Positions 51,541 to 63,256 of a stretch of 64,000 nt of DNA are shown one piece after another. This stretch comes from an uncultured Chloroflexia bacterium (GTDB lineage Bacteria > Chloroflexota > Dehalococcoidia > UBA2979): contig CAVSIV010000002.1 in assembly GCA_963728205.1 (NCBI GenBank), positions 608,001 to 672,000 of the forward strand, in the 5' to 3' direction. The notes beneath the pieces were generated by a model. That model saw only the letters and a program-made list of their open reading frames with translations. It searched no databases and was not told where the DNA came from. The number at the start of each line of letters is the position of its first letter. Positions within the stretch are counted from its first letter, which is position 1. Both the position numbers and the translations under genes were made by a program.

Positions 51541-51643
51541 ACTTCGAATGCGCGGGCGGCGGTGGCCGACGAATACCCCGGCTGCCGCACCGTAGGCTCG
51601 GCCCGGGCCGGGTTTCGAGTGCGCGCGGGAACGGAGGCGGCTC

Positions 51644-53640
51644 GTGTCGCGAGCCCGGTTCCTCAGGAGCGGCCAGGCGAGGCGTTCGACGAGCAGGAGG
51701 CGCTCGCGGCCTGCCGGCGTAGTGCGCCTCGGCGTGCTGGCGGCGGTGGCGGCGGTGGCGCTGGTCGTCGGACTGCGGCCGCAGCGCGGCGCGGCGACCG
51801 CGCAACTCGACATCGTCTCCGTCCAGCACGACCCGCGCGGCGAGATCCTCGCGTCGCTGCGCCCTCCGCAGCCCACCTCAGTCGTGAGCCAGGTGAGCGC
51901 GCTGGTCGACGGCGCGCCGCGGCCGACGCAGCTCGTGTCGCGCCCGCCGTCGCCCGCCTCCGTGGTCATCGCAATCGACACCAGCGCGAGCATGCAGGGC
52001 GCGCCGCTGGCCGGCGCACAGCGCGCGGCGATGGCGCTGGCCGATCGGCTCGACCCGCGCGACCAGGTCGCGATCGTCACGTTCTCGGACGCCCCGCGCC
52101 TGCTCGCGCCCTTCAGCACCGACCGCGCGCAGACCGATGCCGAGCTGCAGGGGCTCGTCGCCAGCGGGAACACCGCCCTCTACGACACGGTGGCCATGAC
52201 GGCCGGGCTCTTCGCAGCAGCAGGAGAGCGGACCGCGCGTGCTGGTGCTGCTCACCGACGGCGAAGACTACGGCAGCGTCCTGCCCGACGGGCGCGCCGC
52301 GAGCCTGGACCGCATCAGGGGCAAGCGGCGCGCAGGTGCAGGCGTTCGCGCTGGGCTCGGAGGCCGACACCAGCTACCTGGCCGCGGTCGCGAGCGATAC
52401 GCACGGCGGGTACTCGTCGGTGTCCGACGACTCCGCGCTGAACGACATGTTCACGCGCCTCGGCGACCGCCTCGCTGCGCCCGTGCAGGTGGCGGTCGAC
52501 GTGCCGCCGCTCACGCGCGGGACGCACACGCTCGAGATCCGGGCGCGCGTCGACGGGCAGCCGGCGGTCGCCACGCGCGACGTGCCGGTGACGAACGATG
52601 GACTGCTCACGGGCTCGCTCCAGTCGCCGAGCGGAGCCGGGAGCCAGGACCTGGAGGTGCTCAACATCGCCTCCATGGCTCCGGATGGCTCGCTCGCGCT
52701 GCAGGCGGAGGCCGGCGGCGTCACGCTCCCGGTGCTCGGCCAGCCGCCGCGGGTCCTCGTCGATCCGTGGCGCTTCCAGGCGGGGCCCGTCCAGGTGAAC
52801 GTGACGGCGTCGCTGAACGACACGGTCGTGTCGACGGCATCCTTCACGGTCGAGGTGCCGCCGCTCGCGCCAAGGATCGGCATCGATCTGCCGTCGGGAC
52901 CGGGAGGCGGCGCCGCGCGCAACGTGGTCGTGCACGGGCAGGTCCAGGGCGCGGCGCCGGGAGCGATGCTGGTCGTGACCGTGGACGGCCGCGAGGTGGC
53001 GCGCGGACCGCTGCCCGATTTGCGCGTGCCCGCCCCGCGTGGATCGCAGGTCGTGGCGAGCGTCGTCGACGCCGCGGGGAGCGAGCTGGCAACCACATCC
53101 GCTTCGCTGCCGGCGGCTCCCGCCGCGCAGTCCGCGGCGAGCACCGGGCCGGCACCGTGGGCATCGCTGGTGGCCGCCGCGATGGGCGCGCTCGCCGTCG
53201 GGCTCTACGCTTCGCGTCGGTGGTCGGGACGACCGCGTCGCGAGCGTCGAGGTCCGCTGGAGTGGGAGCCGAACGCGCGGACCCTGCTCGTGGGACGGGG
53301 TCATCCGGAGGCCGCGGCCGACCCCGGACCACTCGCGACCCTCGTCGTGCGCTCGCCCCAGGGCGTCGAGCGCCGCTACGCCGTCGGCCGCCGCCCCCTC
53401 TCGCTCGGTCGTTCCGCGCAGTGCGACGTGATCATCGACGCGGAGGCAGTGAGCGAACTCCACGCACGCCTGGTGGCGATCGGCGGCGGCGAGTTCAGGG
53501 TGCACGCCATCGCGCCCCGGCCCGGCCTGGCGTGCGACGAGCGCCGCCCAGACGAGTGGTTGGTCGTGCATCTCGACGAGCCAATCGCGATCGGCGGACA
53601 CACGCTGACGCTGTACGAAGCGGAGGCTTCTGTTGCCTGA
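51644..53640 (+). CDS. membrane-anchored VWA-domain protein with C-terminal FHA domain (frameshifts about 52230-52325)
   Basis: MIDAS DTSAS...T(NTALYD)...D(LLTDGED); beta-rich middle; TM helix; LGRS..CDV......VSELHARL FHA. Confidence 0.75.
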
Positions 53641-54981
53641 GTCGCTGACGGAGCCACGGGAACGCACGCGCGCCGCCTCGGCCGCAGAGGACATCTACGG
53701 GCTGCTGGGCGTACGGCCCGACGTGGGCCGCACGCTCGCGCGCGAGATGTACTGGAACAAGATGGAGCCGGCTCCTGACCGGCGCGGAGCGAGACAGCGA
53801 GGATACGCGCGCGCGCATCGAGTCGCTGAACGCCGCGCTCGCGACGATCCTCGACGACGAGTTGCGCGCCGAGTACGACCGCTCCCGCCGAGTGATAGGT
53901 GGGCGCGGATCGGTAGGCCACACCGCGGCGCAAATGGCTCTCGCGCTGCGGCGGCTGGCTAGTGGCCGCGGCGGCGCTGGCTGCTCGTCGCGGCACTGTT
54001 CGCAGTGACCGTGGCGCTCACGGCCGGAGCGGGCTCGGGCGGCGCGTCTCCTGCCGGCCGCGGCGTCCTGCTGGCGTTGCTCAGCGCCGGCACGTGGGCC
54101 AGGGCGCGGCAGCGACGCGTCGCGCCGCTCGAACTGCTCGGGCTGCTGCAGGATGCGACGCCGCAGCAGATCGACATGGCATATCACTCGCGAGCACAGG
54201 ACCTGCTGGTCCGCCTCGCGCAGGACGAACGCGTGATCCACTCGCTCGACCGGCTCGACCGGGCGTACGTCGCAGCCATGGGCATGGCGCTCGGACCCGA
54301 ATCGCGAGGGGTGCCGCGGGGACGCGCAAAGCGCCTCCTACATGCCATCGGTCGGGGGGCGGAATGGAGCGCCTGGACGCTCTGGCGTCTGCTCACGGTC
54401 GCCGCCCGAGCAGCGGTACCGCCCACGCGCTGGCTGTTGCACGCAGCGGGGGTTGGCGAGCGCGCGCTCGTCGAGCGCGCCCGCCGGCTGGCGGACCAGC
54501 GTGCGACCGGAGCCGTGCCGGACCCTCCGCACATCGACCTCCAGGAGCGGCTGGCGGCGAGCTTCAAGGCGAGCGCGTTGCGCCTTGCCGAGCCGTCAGG
54601 AGCCGCGAACGCATCCGAGGACGCGCGCGCGGGGCGGAGCCGGCGGACGATGCAGGGCCTTCCGCATGGCTGTTGCTCTCTGCGGCCGCGGGGACGCGAC
54701 GCGTGCCGGTCGGGTCGCGCCCGATTCGTATCGGCAGCGGCCGCGAGTGCGACCTCGTGCTCCCCGAACGAGAAGGCGTTGCCGCCGAACACGCGATGAT
54801 CTGGCGTCGAGGGGACGCAGTCATTCTGCACGTGACCGATCCGCAGGCTCCGTGCACCGTGAACGGCTCGCAGGTGAGCTGGGCTCGCCTGGACGATCGC
54901 GACGTTCTGTGCATTGGGTCCGCGACCTTCAACATGAGGTCGCCGCGCCCTAGCCCTTCCGCTTTCGAAGGCACGATCTGA
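53633..54981 (+). CDS. membrane protein with two degenerate J-like domains and C-terminal FHA (several frameshifts)
   Basis: DIYGLLGV...LNAA..IL.D.ELRAEYDR; TM pair; PLELLGL..DAT..QI..AY; IRIGSG.ECDLVL.....EHA......VNG; no HPD motif. Confidence 0.6.
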
Positions 54982-55304
54982 ACCAGCATTCCACGGGCCA
55001 TATCCGTGCGTGCTTCGATGTCCTTTGAGGCGACCGCACCGCGTCCTCGAGCGCGGCGGCATTCTTCACGTTTCTTGACGATTGTTCCATAGCCACGGGC
55101 GATTTCTCGGCCAAGGCGCCGCAGATTGTTCTGTACCTTGCCTGCACGCGGTTTCGCGTCTCGAACGAACGGCCGGGCCGGGGGATGGAGGCGAGTTCGC
55201 ACGGATCGAGAGACCAGACTGACGATCCGCTTCGACGCATTGCGGGGACGTCGAGGGACCGCTGACACAGACCACAATCCCCGATCGTTCACAAGGAGTC
55301 ATAC

Positions 55305-55526
55305 ATGTCGTTCGTGCTTCCAATGATTGTCGCATTCCGTGGCTACATCGAGTCGCTCCTGTCCGACCGCGAGGAAGGCCAGGGCATGGTCGAGTACGTG
55401 CTCATCATCGGCGCGATCTCGGTCGCCCTCGTCGTGGCGTTCAACACGGGTGGCGTGAGCACCGCCATCACCGCCCTTTCCGGCGGCGTCGCAAGCGCGA
55501 TCCAGGCGACAGTGGGTTCGCTGTAG
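55305..55526 (+). CDS. flp: Flp/Fap type IVc pilin
   Basis: SD aaggag; EEG/QGMVEY prepilin motif (E+5, Y+6) followed by a hydrophobic helix; 73 aa. Confidence 0.92.
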   Translation: MSFVLPMIVAFRGYIESLLSDREEGQGMVEYVLIIGAISVALVVAFNTGGVSTAITALSGGVASAIQATVGSL

Positions 55527-55527
55527 C

Positions 55528-55606
55528 GGAATCCTCAGTTCACGTTCCGGCTCCCGCGGGCGCCGCGAACGCGATTAGGACTCCGTGGCCCCATCAATAG
55601 CCACGT
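55528..55606 (+). promoter_or_regulatory. stem-loops between pilin and tadE (stabiliser or attenuator candidate)
   Basis: ggaatcct/aggactcc and cacgttc/gaacgcg stems; cgtggc/gccacg hairpin. Confidence 0.35.
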
Positions 55607-55639
55607 AGTGATTCAACGAGGACGAAGGGGGAAAACGAC

Positions 55640-56145
55640 GTGCACCGGTTCCATGCTGAGACCGGACAGGCCGTCGTGGAGTTCGTGCTCCTGTTTCCCC
55701 TTCGTCCTCGTCATGATCCTCGCCATCGTCGAATTCGGGTTTGCATTCCATGCGTTTGTCACCATCAACAACGCAGCTTCAGAGGCTGCACGGTACGCCG
55801 CACTCGGCAACGAGCCGAATGCGGGCGCGACGTGCCAGACCGGGTCTCCCACGTCTATCGAGGGTCGCGCAGTGGATATGTCGGCCGGCCTGATCGCGTG
55901 TTGACGAAGTGTCGGTCCAGTACACGAAGATCGTGCCGGAACACGGGCTACTCACGCGGCGACGCCGTCTCCGTCCATATTGCGCACACGTACAGCATGA
56001 TCACGCCGCTCGGCCCACTGCTCTCCATGGCGTCCAGGAGGAACGATCCCCAGCACACTGACGATGACCGCTTGTTCGGATTCGCGCCTCGAGCGCACGC
56101 CCGCGGATCAATCGCTCCTGCACGGCGGGAAGCGGGTGCTCCTGA
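55640..56145 (+). CDS. tadE: TadE-like pseudopilin (frameshifted)
   Basis: ETG/QAVVEF.LL.P......I.EFG.......NNAA.EAARYA. Confidence 0.8.
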
Positions 56146-57378
56146 TGAGCGCGCTGCACGCCGAGGCGGCGAGCGGGCCAGACCGTGATTGCGCTCGTGC
56201 CGGTCATGTTCATGTTCGCCTGTTCGGCGCTGCCGTGATCGACGTCGGTGCACTGGTCAACACGCGGCGCGATGCGCAGTCCGACGTCGATCGCGCGGCG
56301 CTCGCGGGGGCCTCGGCATGTCACGCTCGAGGCCGCGAACAGCGTCCCGGACACCTCGCGGCTCTCTCGCGCGCCACCGACTGGGCGGTCAGGAACGGGA
56401 TCGACACGAGCGCGCCCGGGTTCTCGGTGCAGGTCGTGTCGACCTGTTATTCGGCCAACGACGGCGTCCCGGACGGCGTGACGGTGTCCGTGAACCGGCC
56501 CGCGCCGTCGTTCTTCGTGCTCTTCAACTGGAGCGCGTCTGCGACCGCAACCGCCTGCGCCGGGCACTCGAGTGGGGTCACGGGCTTTCTGCCGTGGGCG
56601 CTCTCCCTCACAGCAGCTGCTTCAGGGACGACGGCACGGGGGACGCGAGCCGAGGTGGGGAGAGCGCTGCGACATCGTCGTCGACTCGAACTCCAGCGGA
56701 TTGTCGGGCGAGCTGGGTGTCGCGATCGGTGGTCAGTGCGCGGACGGGAATCCGTCGTCATCCGTGGTGCGCGAGAACATCGCGAACGGCGTGACGGCGT
56801 ACTGCCAGATCGGTGACTCAATCCAGGGCAACAGCGGGTACAGCGTCGGCGCCAACCGGCAGGGGCTGCACCACAGACTGATCGTCGACGGCGCGTGCGA
56901 CGCCAACTTCCCGGGCACCGACGCCGAGTTCAACGCCGCAAACGCAGCGCTGGACGCGGTAGTTGCCGTGCCGCTCGAGTTCCCGTCGTCGCCCGCGCGC
57001 CGCGACGGCATCGACGACTTCTACGAGACCTTCCACTATGACCCGTATGCCCCTGGGCCCGCATACGGGCTCGAGCCGTACGACTGCAATCCGTGGATTG
57101 CGGACGTGCAGACGTCGCCCCGCAACGTGACGCTCGTCGTCATCAGTGACTACGCGGTGCCCGACGGCAACGCGGGTCCGCAGAGCTATGTCGTGCGCGG
57201 CTTCGCCGGCATGTACCTCGAGGGTTGTACGGGGAACGACGGCGCCTTTCGCAAGAACTGCAACGTCCCGGGCGGCCCATTCACCGTCCACGCGCGGTTC
57301 GTCAATCGCGTGAACCTCAACAACTCGAATCTGACGCTCGGCACCGTCGGAGACGTCGGGATCTTCCTGGCGCGCTGA
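56145..57378 (+). CDS. tadG: TadG-like pseudopilin/tip protein (frameshifted)
   Basis: GQT start, IDVG......RR.AQ..VD.AALAGA motif, Cys-rich C-terminal domain. Confidence 0.72.
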
Positions 57379-57398
57379 GGACGATAGAGGAGTCGGCT

Positions 57399-58244
57399 AT
57401 GCGGCTACTTCGGACGATCGGCTCGGGAAGCACGCTGTTGCTGCTCGCAGTGTTGCTCGGGTTGGCGACGGCCGGGGCGACCTACGCCTACGTGATGAAG
57501 CACACCGCCGACAGCCAGACGTCGGGCGGGGCTGCCGGGCTCGACGCTCAGACCCAGTCCATCGTCGTCGTGCGGAACGCGGTCGCCGCCGGCACGACGC
57601 TGCCGGCAGGGGTGCTGGAGCTGCGTGACGTCCCGGTGAGCGATGTCCTGCCCGGCGCGTTCAGCGATGTGAAGCAGGTGGCCGGGCACGTCGCACGCTA
57701 CCCGCTCGTCGCGGGCGACCAGGTCATCGCGTCACGCATCGTGACTGACCAGTCCATCGACGGGCAGGGGCTCGCGTTCTCCGTCCCGGAGGGCATGCGT
57801 GCCGTCAGCGTGCCGGTCTCCGAAGTCAGCGGCGCCGGCGGGATGATCGTGCCCGGAGACCGTATCGACGTGCTCGCGTCGACCTCGTACCAGCGGCTGT
57901 TCCCGCCGGGAGCGACGGTCACGCCTGAGGAGCGCCAGGCGCCGGCCGTCGTCACGGTGCTCCAGGACGTGCTGGTGCTGGCCGTCGGCCAGGAGGCCAC
58001 GTCGACCATCGACCCCGCGCAGGACCCGGCAACGCTGCGACCGACCGACGCGAAGCCGCAGCCGGCCGCGCGGTCGGTGACGCTGGCCGTGACGCCGGCC
58101 GACGCGCAGGTGCTCTTCATGGCGGCGATGGAGGGCAAGATCGGCATGGCCGTGCGCTCGTTCGGCGACCGCGACCGGTCGGTGCTCACGCCGGTGGCGA
58201 GCCTGCAGCCGGCACCCGTCGGTGCAGTGAGCCGGGCGCCGTAG
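57399..58244 (+). CDS. cpaB: Flp pilus assembly protein CpaB/RcpC
   Basis: N-terminal TM, SAF domain, VPEGMRAVSV....SGAGG.I.PGDRIDV, VLQDV.VLAVGQ, VTLAVTP. Confidence 0.92.
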   Translation: MRLLRTIGSGSTLLLLAVLLGLATAGATYAYVMKHTADSQTSGGAAGLDAQTQSIVVVRNAVAAGTTLPAGVLELRDVPVSDVLPGAFSDVKQVAGHVARYPLVAGDQVIASRIVTDQSIDGQGLAFSVPEGMRAVSVPVSEVSGAGGMIVPGDRIDVLASTSYQRLFPPGATVTPEERQAPAVVTVLQDVLVLAVGQEATSTIDPAQDPATLRPTDAKPQPAARSVTLAVTPADAQVLFMAAMEGKIGMAVRSFGDRDRSVLTPVASLQPAPVGAVSRAP

Positions 58245-58302
58245 CTCGCTGATCCCATCGGGCGCCTCCGGCGTCGCGCAACTGGAACGGAAGAAGGGCC
58301 GG

Positions 58303-59502
58303 ATGGCGCGCAACCTGTCAGCACTGGTCGTCGATCCCAATCTCGACAGCCGGCTCGAGGCGGTGAAGCTCCTCGAGTCGGTGGGGTTGGACTGCGCCGG
58401 GGAGGCGACATACGGGGTGGAGGCGACGTACCTGGCGGCCGACCGGCGACCGAACATCGTCCTGCTTGCGCTGGAGGAGCCGCCGATGCGCGGCCTCTCC
58501 ACCGCTGAGGCGCTACAGCAGCGCCTGCCGGACACGCCGCTGCTCGTGTACTCGTCGTCGCTCGAGCCGGCGATGATGCGCCAGGCCATGCGTGCCGGGG
58601 CGCGCGACTTCCTGGAGAAGCCGCTGTCTGCCGCGCGAGCTGCGCAACGCCATCCATTCGGTGCTCGCGCAGGAAGAGCAGCGGCAGCTCTCGCGGTGGC
58701 AGGAGCAGAGCGCGCACGACGCGCGCGGCACCGTGATCACAGTCGCCGGCGCGAAGGGGGGCATCGGCAAGACGACGATCGCCGCGAACCTGGCCGTCGC
58801 GCTGCGCCAGGTCACCGAACCAGGAGGTCGCGATCGTCGACGGCGACGCGCAGTTCGGCGACATCGCCGTCATGCTCACGCTGGACGTGGAGCGCAGCGT
58901 CGCGGATCTGGCGCGCAACGAGACCGAGATCACCCGCGACACGATCCAGCCGTACCTGGTAACCCACGAGTGCGGGGTCGACGCGCTCACGGCTGCCTCC
59001 GAGCCGGACGACTGGCGCGCGCTGCAGTCTGACCACATCAGCGCTATTGCACAGGCGCTCTCGCAGACCCACGAGTGGGTCATGCTCGACACGCCCGGCA
59101 CGATGAGCGAGGTGGTCGCGGCCTCACTGAACGAGGCGGCGATCGTGCTGCTGGTGAGCTCGCTCGACGTCTCGAGCATCAAGGACACGCGGACCGCGCT
59201 GCGCATCCTCGAGTCATGGGCGGTCGGTCCCGACCGCATCCGACTCGTGGTGAACGACAACACGCGCGCCGGCCGCGGTGACGCCCGAGGACGTCGAGCG
59301 GGCGACCGGGATGGAGATCTCGCGCCTGATCGCGCACGACGCGTCGGTCGGCCTCTCAGTGCAGACCGGGATCCCGATCGTGATGTCGAATCCGCGCAGC
59401 CGGTTCGCACGCGAAGTGGTCGGGCTCGCAGAGAGTATCGCGGGGGTGCGCCGAGGAGCGGGCCGCATGGAACCCGATCACGCGGATTCCGCTGCTGGGT
59501 AG
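58303..59502 (+). CDS. cpaE: CpaE/TadZ (pseudo-receiver plus MinD/ParA-type ATPase), frameshifted
   Basis: AMRAGARDFL, GAKGGIGKTTIAANLA, VDGDAQFGD, LDTP, LVVN. Confidence 0.85.
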
Positions 59503-59511
59503 GAGGGTTTG

Positions 59512-60870
59512 ATGACTGAGCCAGGGCGACTCGTCCGCCCCCTTGGACGCGAGCAGGCTCCGCAGCGCGACGCGCGCGAGGGACGCCAGTTGCTCGCGGA
59601 ACGCCTGCACGAGCGCCTGGTCGCCGATCTCGACGTCCGCGCGCTCGACGCGCTGCCGGCGGCCGAGCGCGCGCGTCACCGTCGAAGGCGCCGTCGCCCG
59701 ACTGCTCACGGAGCTGGACCCGGCCGTCGCTGGCCTCACGCGCCAGGAGCTGGTGAACGAGGTCGTCGGACGAGGTGCTCGGCTTCGGCCCGATCCAGCC
59801 GCTCCTGGAAGACCCCGAAGTCACCGAGATCATGGTGAACGGCCCGTCGCGAGATCTTCTACGAGCGCGACGGCATGCTCTACGTGAGCGCGGTCCGCTT
59901 CCGCGACGCCGAGCACATCCGGCGCATCGCCGACCGCATCACCGCCCCGCTCGGGCGGCGCCTGGACGAGAGCTCGCCGATGGTCGACGCCCGCCTGCCC
60001 GGACGGATCGCGCGTGAACATCGTGCTGCCGCCGATCGCGGTGCACAGCCCGACGATGACCATCCGCAAGTTCCGCACCGACCGCTTCGACATCGACGAC
60101 CTCGTGAGGATCGGCACGCATGAGCCGCGAGGTTGCCGGGTTCCTCCGCGCATGCGTGATCGCGAAGGTGAACCTGGTGATCTCGGGCGGCACCGGCACC
60201 GGCAAGACCACGTTCCTGAACGCGCTCTCCGCGTTCATTCCACGGCAGGAGCGCGTCGTCACGATCGAGGACCCGATCGAGATCCGGCTGCGCCAGCCGC
60301 ACGTCGTGACGCTCGAGGCGCGGCCCGGCGGCCGGCGAGGGCAAGAGTCGAGGTCACGCAGCGCGACCTCGTCCGCAACGCGCTGCGCATGCGCCCCGAT
60401 CGCATCATCGTCGGCGAGGTCCGCGGCGCCGAGGCGTTCGACATGATGCAGGCGATGAACACGGGCCACGAGGGCTCGATCACGACCGTGCACGCGAACA
60501 CGCCGCGCGACGCGCTCTCCCGCATCGAGAACATGGTGATGATGGCGGGGTTCGAGCTGCCGCACGCAGGCGATCCGCCAGCAGATGGCCTCCGCGCTCC
60601 ACCTGATCGTCCAGGTTTCACGCATGGTCGACGGCTCGCGCCGCGTGACTGCGATCACGGAGGTTGTGGGGTCTGGAGGGCGACGTCATCGCGATCCAGG
60701 ACGTGTTCCGGCTCGAGAATCAGGCGCTCAACGCGGAGGGTCGCGTCGAGGGCGAACTCGCTGCCACGGGTGTCCGGCCGCGATTCGTCGACCGGTTCCG
60801 CGCCCTCGGAGTGTCGGAGGACTGGATCGCCCCACCCCCGGTGAACGGCCGTGTCGGGGTGGCGCTGTGA
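59512..60870 (+). CDS. cpaF: CpaF/TadA assembly ATPase, frameshifted
   Basis: [71 protein letters not shown]. Confidence 0.92.
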
Positions 60871-61886
60871 GCGCGCCCGGCATAGTGGGAACCCACGTAC
60901 TCATGGCGCCGACCGTGATCGCCCTGGGTGCCGGCAGCACCGCGTTCCTCGTCGTGGTCTGGGCTTCACAGCTCGCGCGGAGACCGCGCGCGCTGGTTCG
61001 CGCGCGCGTCGACGCGATGCGCCAGCTCGGGCCGTATGTGGCCGGCGCGCGCGCAGGACGTGCTGCGCGACCGACGCCTGTCGGGTGTGCGCGCGTTCGA
61101 CCTCCTGCTGCGGGGTCGTGCGTGGACCGCGGGGCAACGGCGCCTGCTTGAGCGCGCCGGACTCGAGCTCCGGGTCGGCGAGTACATGGCAATCCGGCTC
61201 GCGGCGGTCGCGCTGCTTGCGGCGGTGCTCACCGTCGCGCTCGACCGTGCCGCGCCGGCGCTCGCGGTGCTGGGGGGCGTCGGCGGGGCGCGTCCTCGGC
61301 ACCATCGTGCCGACGATCTGGCTGCGGCGACGCATCGTTCGCCGACGGCAAGGCGATCGAGCGAGCCTGCGTCGAGCTCTGCGACATGATGGCGTCGATG
61401 CTGCAGTCGGGGTTCGCGTACATGCAGGCGCTGTCGATGGCTGCCGATCAGATCGAGCGGCCCACTGGCGGACGAGCTTGCCAGATGCGCGACGCGGTGC
61501 GGCTCGGGGCGGGAATCGATGACGCGCTGGAACAGCTCAACGAACGTCTCGACAGCAAAGACTTCGACATGATGGCGACGGCCATCGCGATCCAGCGGCG
61601 CACGGGCGGGAGTCTCGCCGGGATCCTGCGGAGCGTCGCAGAGACGATTCGCGAGCGCCAGCTCTTCCGACACGAGGTGGCGGCGATGACGTCGCGCGAG
61701 CGCTATTCGGCGCTCGTCGTCGCGGCGGTGCCGCCGCTGCTCGCGACGCTGTTCATCGTCGTCGCGCCGCCAGAACTACATGCGCCTGCTGACCGACCCG
61801 ATCGGGAACGTGATCCTCGCCATCGCGCTGATCTCGACGCCCTCGGGTACTTCGCGATCAAGCGCGCGACGCGGCTGGAGGTCTAG
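60867..61886 (+). CDS. tadB: TadB (type II secretion F family), frameshifted
   Basis: MASMLQSG, G.GIDDAL, AIAIQRRTGGSLA.IL..VAETIRER. Confidence 0.88.
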
Positions 61887-62814
61887 ATGCACGCGCTTGC
61901 CACGGCCATCCCTGCTGGCGGCCGCGGCCGGGGTCTCGGTGGGCCTGCTCGTGCTCGGGCTCGCGCGGCCAAATCGCCGCTCGGCGGTGCGGGAGCGACT
62001 GGAGGCGATGGGGCGGGTACCGCCCGAGCGCGCGGGCACATCGCTGGCCCGCGCGCCTTGGTGCCGGTGGCGACGCGCGCGTCGGCCGCTGGCTGGCGTC
62101 GTATCTCCCGGGCGGCATGCAGCGGCGGGTCGCGTGCGCTGGGCTCGACCACGCCGGCCTGCGGATCGCGCTGTCACGCTTCCTCGCATGGTGGGCCGGG
62201 TTCGGCTTCGTGCTCTCCTCTGGCTCTCTTCCTGCTGGTGGTCGCGGGCGGCGGGCAGCTCGGCCCGCGATCGCTGCTCGACACTCGTCGCCGGGCCGCT
62301 GCTGGGCTGATGCTCGCTGGCTGTGGTTGCGCGCCGCAGCCGCACGCGCGATCATGCGATCGATCGCGGCCCTCCCCGACGCCATCGACCTGATCGTCAC
62401 GAACATCGAGTCCGGCGTCGGTCTGCAGGCCGCGATCATCAGCGTCGCGCAGAAGTCGACTGGACCGGTTGCGGAGGAGTTCAACCGACTGATCCGCGAG
62501 ATCAGCCTGCGGGCGTTCGAACCAGGAAGCACGTGGAGGCGATGGCGCGCCGGAGCGGCTCCCGCGAGCTGTCGTTGTTCGCGCGCTCGATCGCACAGGC
62601 GGAGCGGAACGGCATTCCGATCAGCCGCGTACTGCGTGGCCATGCCGCAGAGTTGCGCGAGCGGCGTCGGCAGCAGGCCCGCGAACGCGCGAACACGTTC
62701 CCTCTGCGCATCACGTTGCTGACCGTGGTGTTCATGTTCCCGACCCTTTTCCTGCTGATTCTCGGCCCCGTCGTCCTGGGCATGATCTCGTACTTCAAAG
62801 GGTTCGGCGGATGA
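61887..62814 (+). CDS. tadC: TadC (type II secretion F family), frameshifted
   Basis: LPDAIDL.....ESG.GL..A, GPVAEEF, QAER.G.PI..VLR..A.ELR.RR.Q.ARERA, FMFPTLF. Confidence 0.88.
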
Positions 62815-63256
62815 CCGGCCTCGACCGACGATCCGGGGGTGCCCGCGCCAACCGCCGATCGCCCGGGCACGCGCGCGTGACCCTTGCGACTAACGCGGCC
62901 GTACGTGATCACGAGCGCGCGTCGCTGCGAGTTGGTGGCAGCGCGCGCGCGGATTGCTGTTCGCGCCGATGTTGCTCCCCGCCGGAGGGCCTGTCTGATC
63001 ACGCCGTGCGGGTCGGTGCACACGTGGGGGATGCGCGAAAGCATCGATGTCGCGTCTCCTCGACGCCGACCTGCGGGTGGTGAAGGTCTCCGCGCGGCTG
63101 CGGCCGTGGCGGTTCAGTTTCGGGGGGCGTCGCACACGCCACACGCTCGAGCTCGCGGAGGGCGAGTGCGCAGCGCATCGGGCTTGTCGTGGCGAGATGC
63201 CCTCACGCCGCGGGGCGGCCCGGAGTCCGATGGCGAGGAACGGGGGCGCCGAATGA
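62811..63256 (+). CDS. DUF192 family protein (frameshifted)
   Basis: Fragments LITPCGSVHTWGMRESIDV and LDADLRVV....LRPWR......LEL.EG match the DUF192 pattern often found in Tad loci. Confidence 0.65.

Noticed and set aside
58600-60700. Programmed ribosomal frameshifting in cpaE/cpaF
   Set aside because: Multiple breaks per gene at no consistent slippery sequence; sequencing error is more parsimonious
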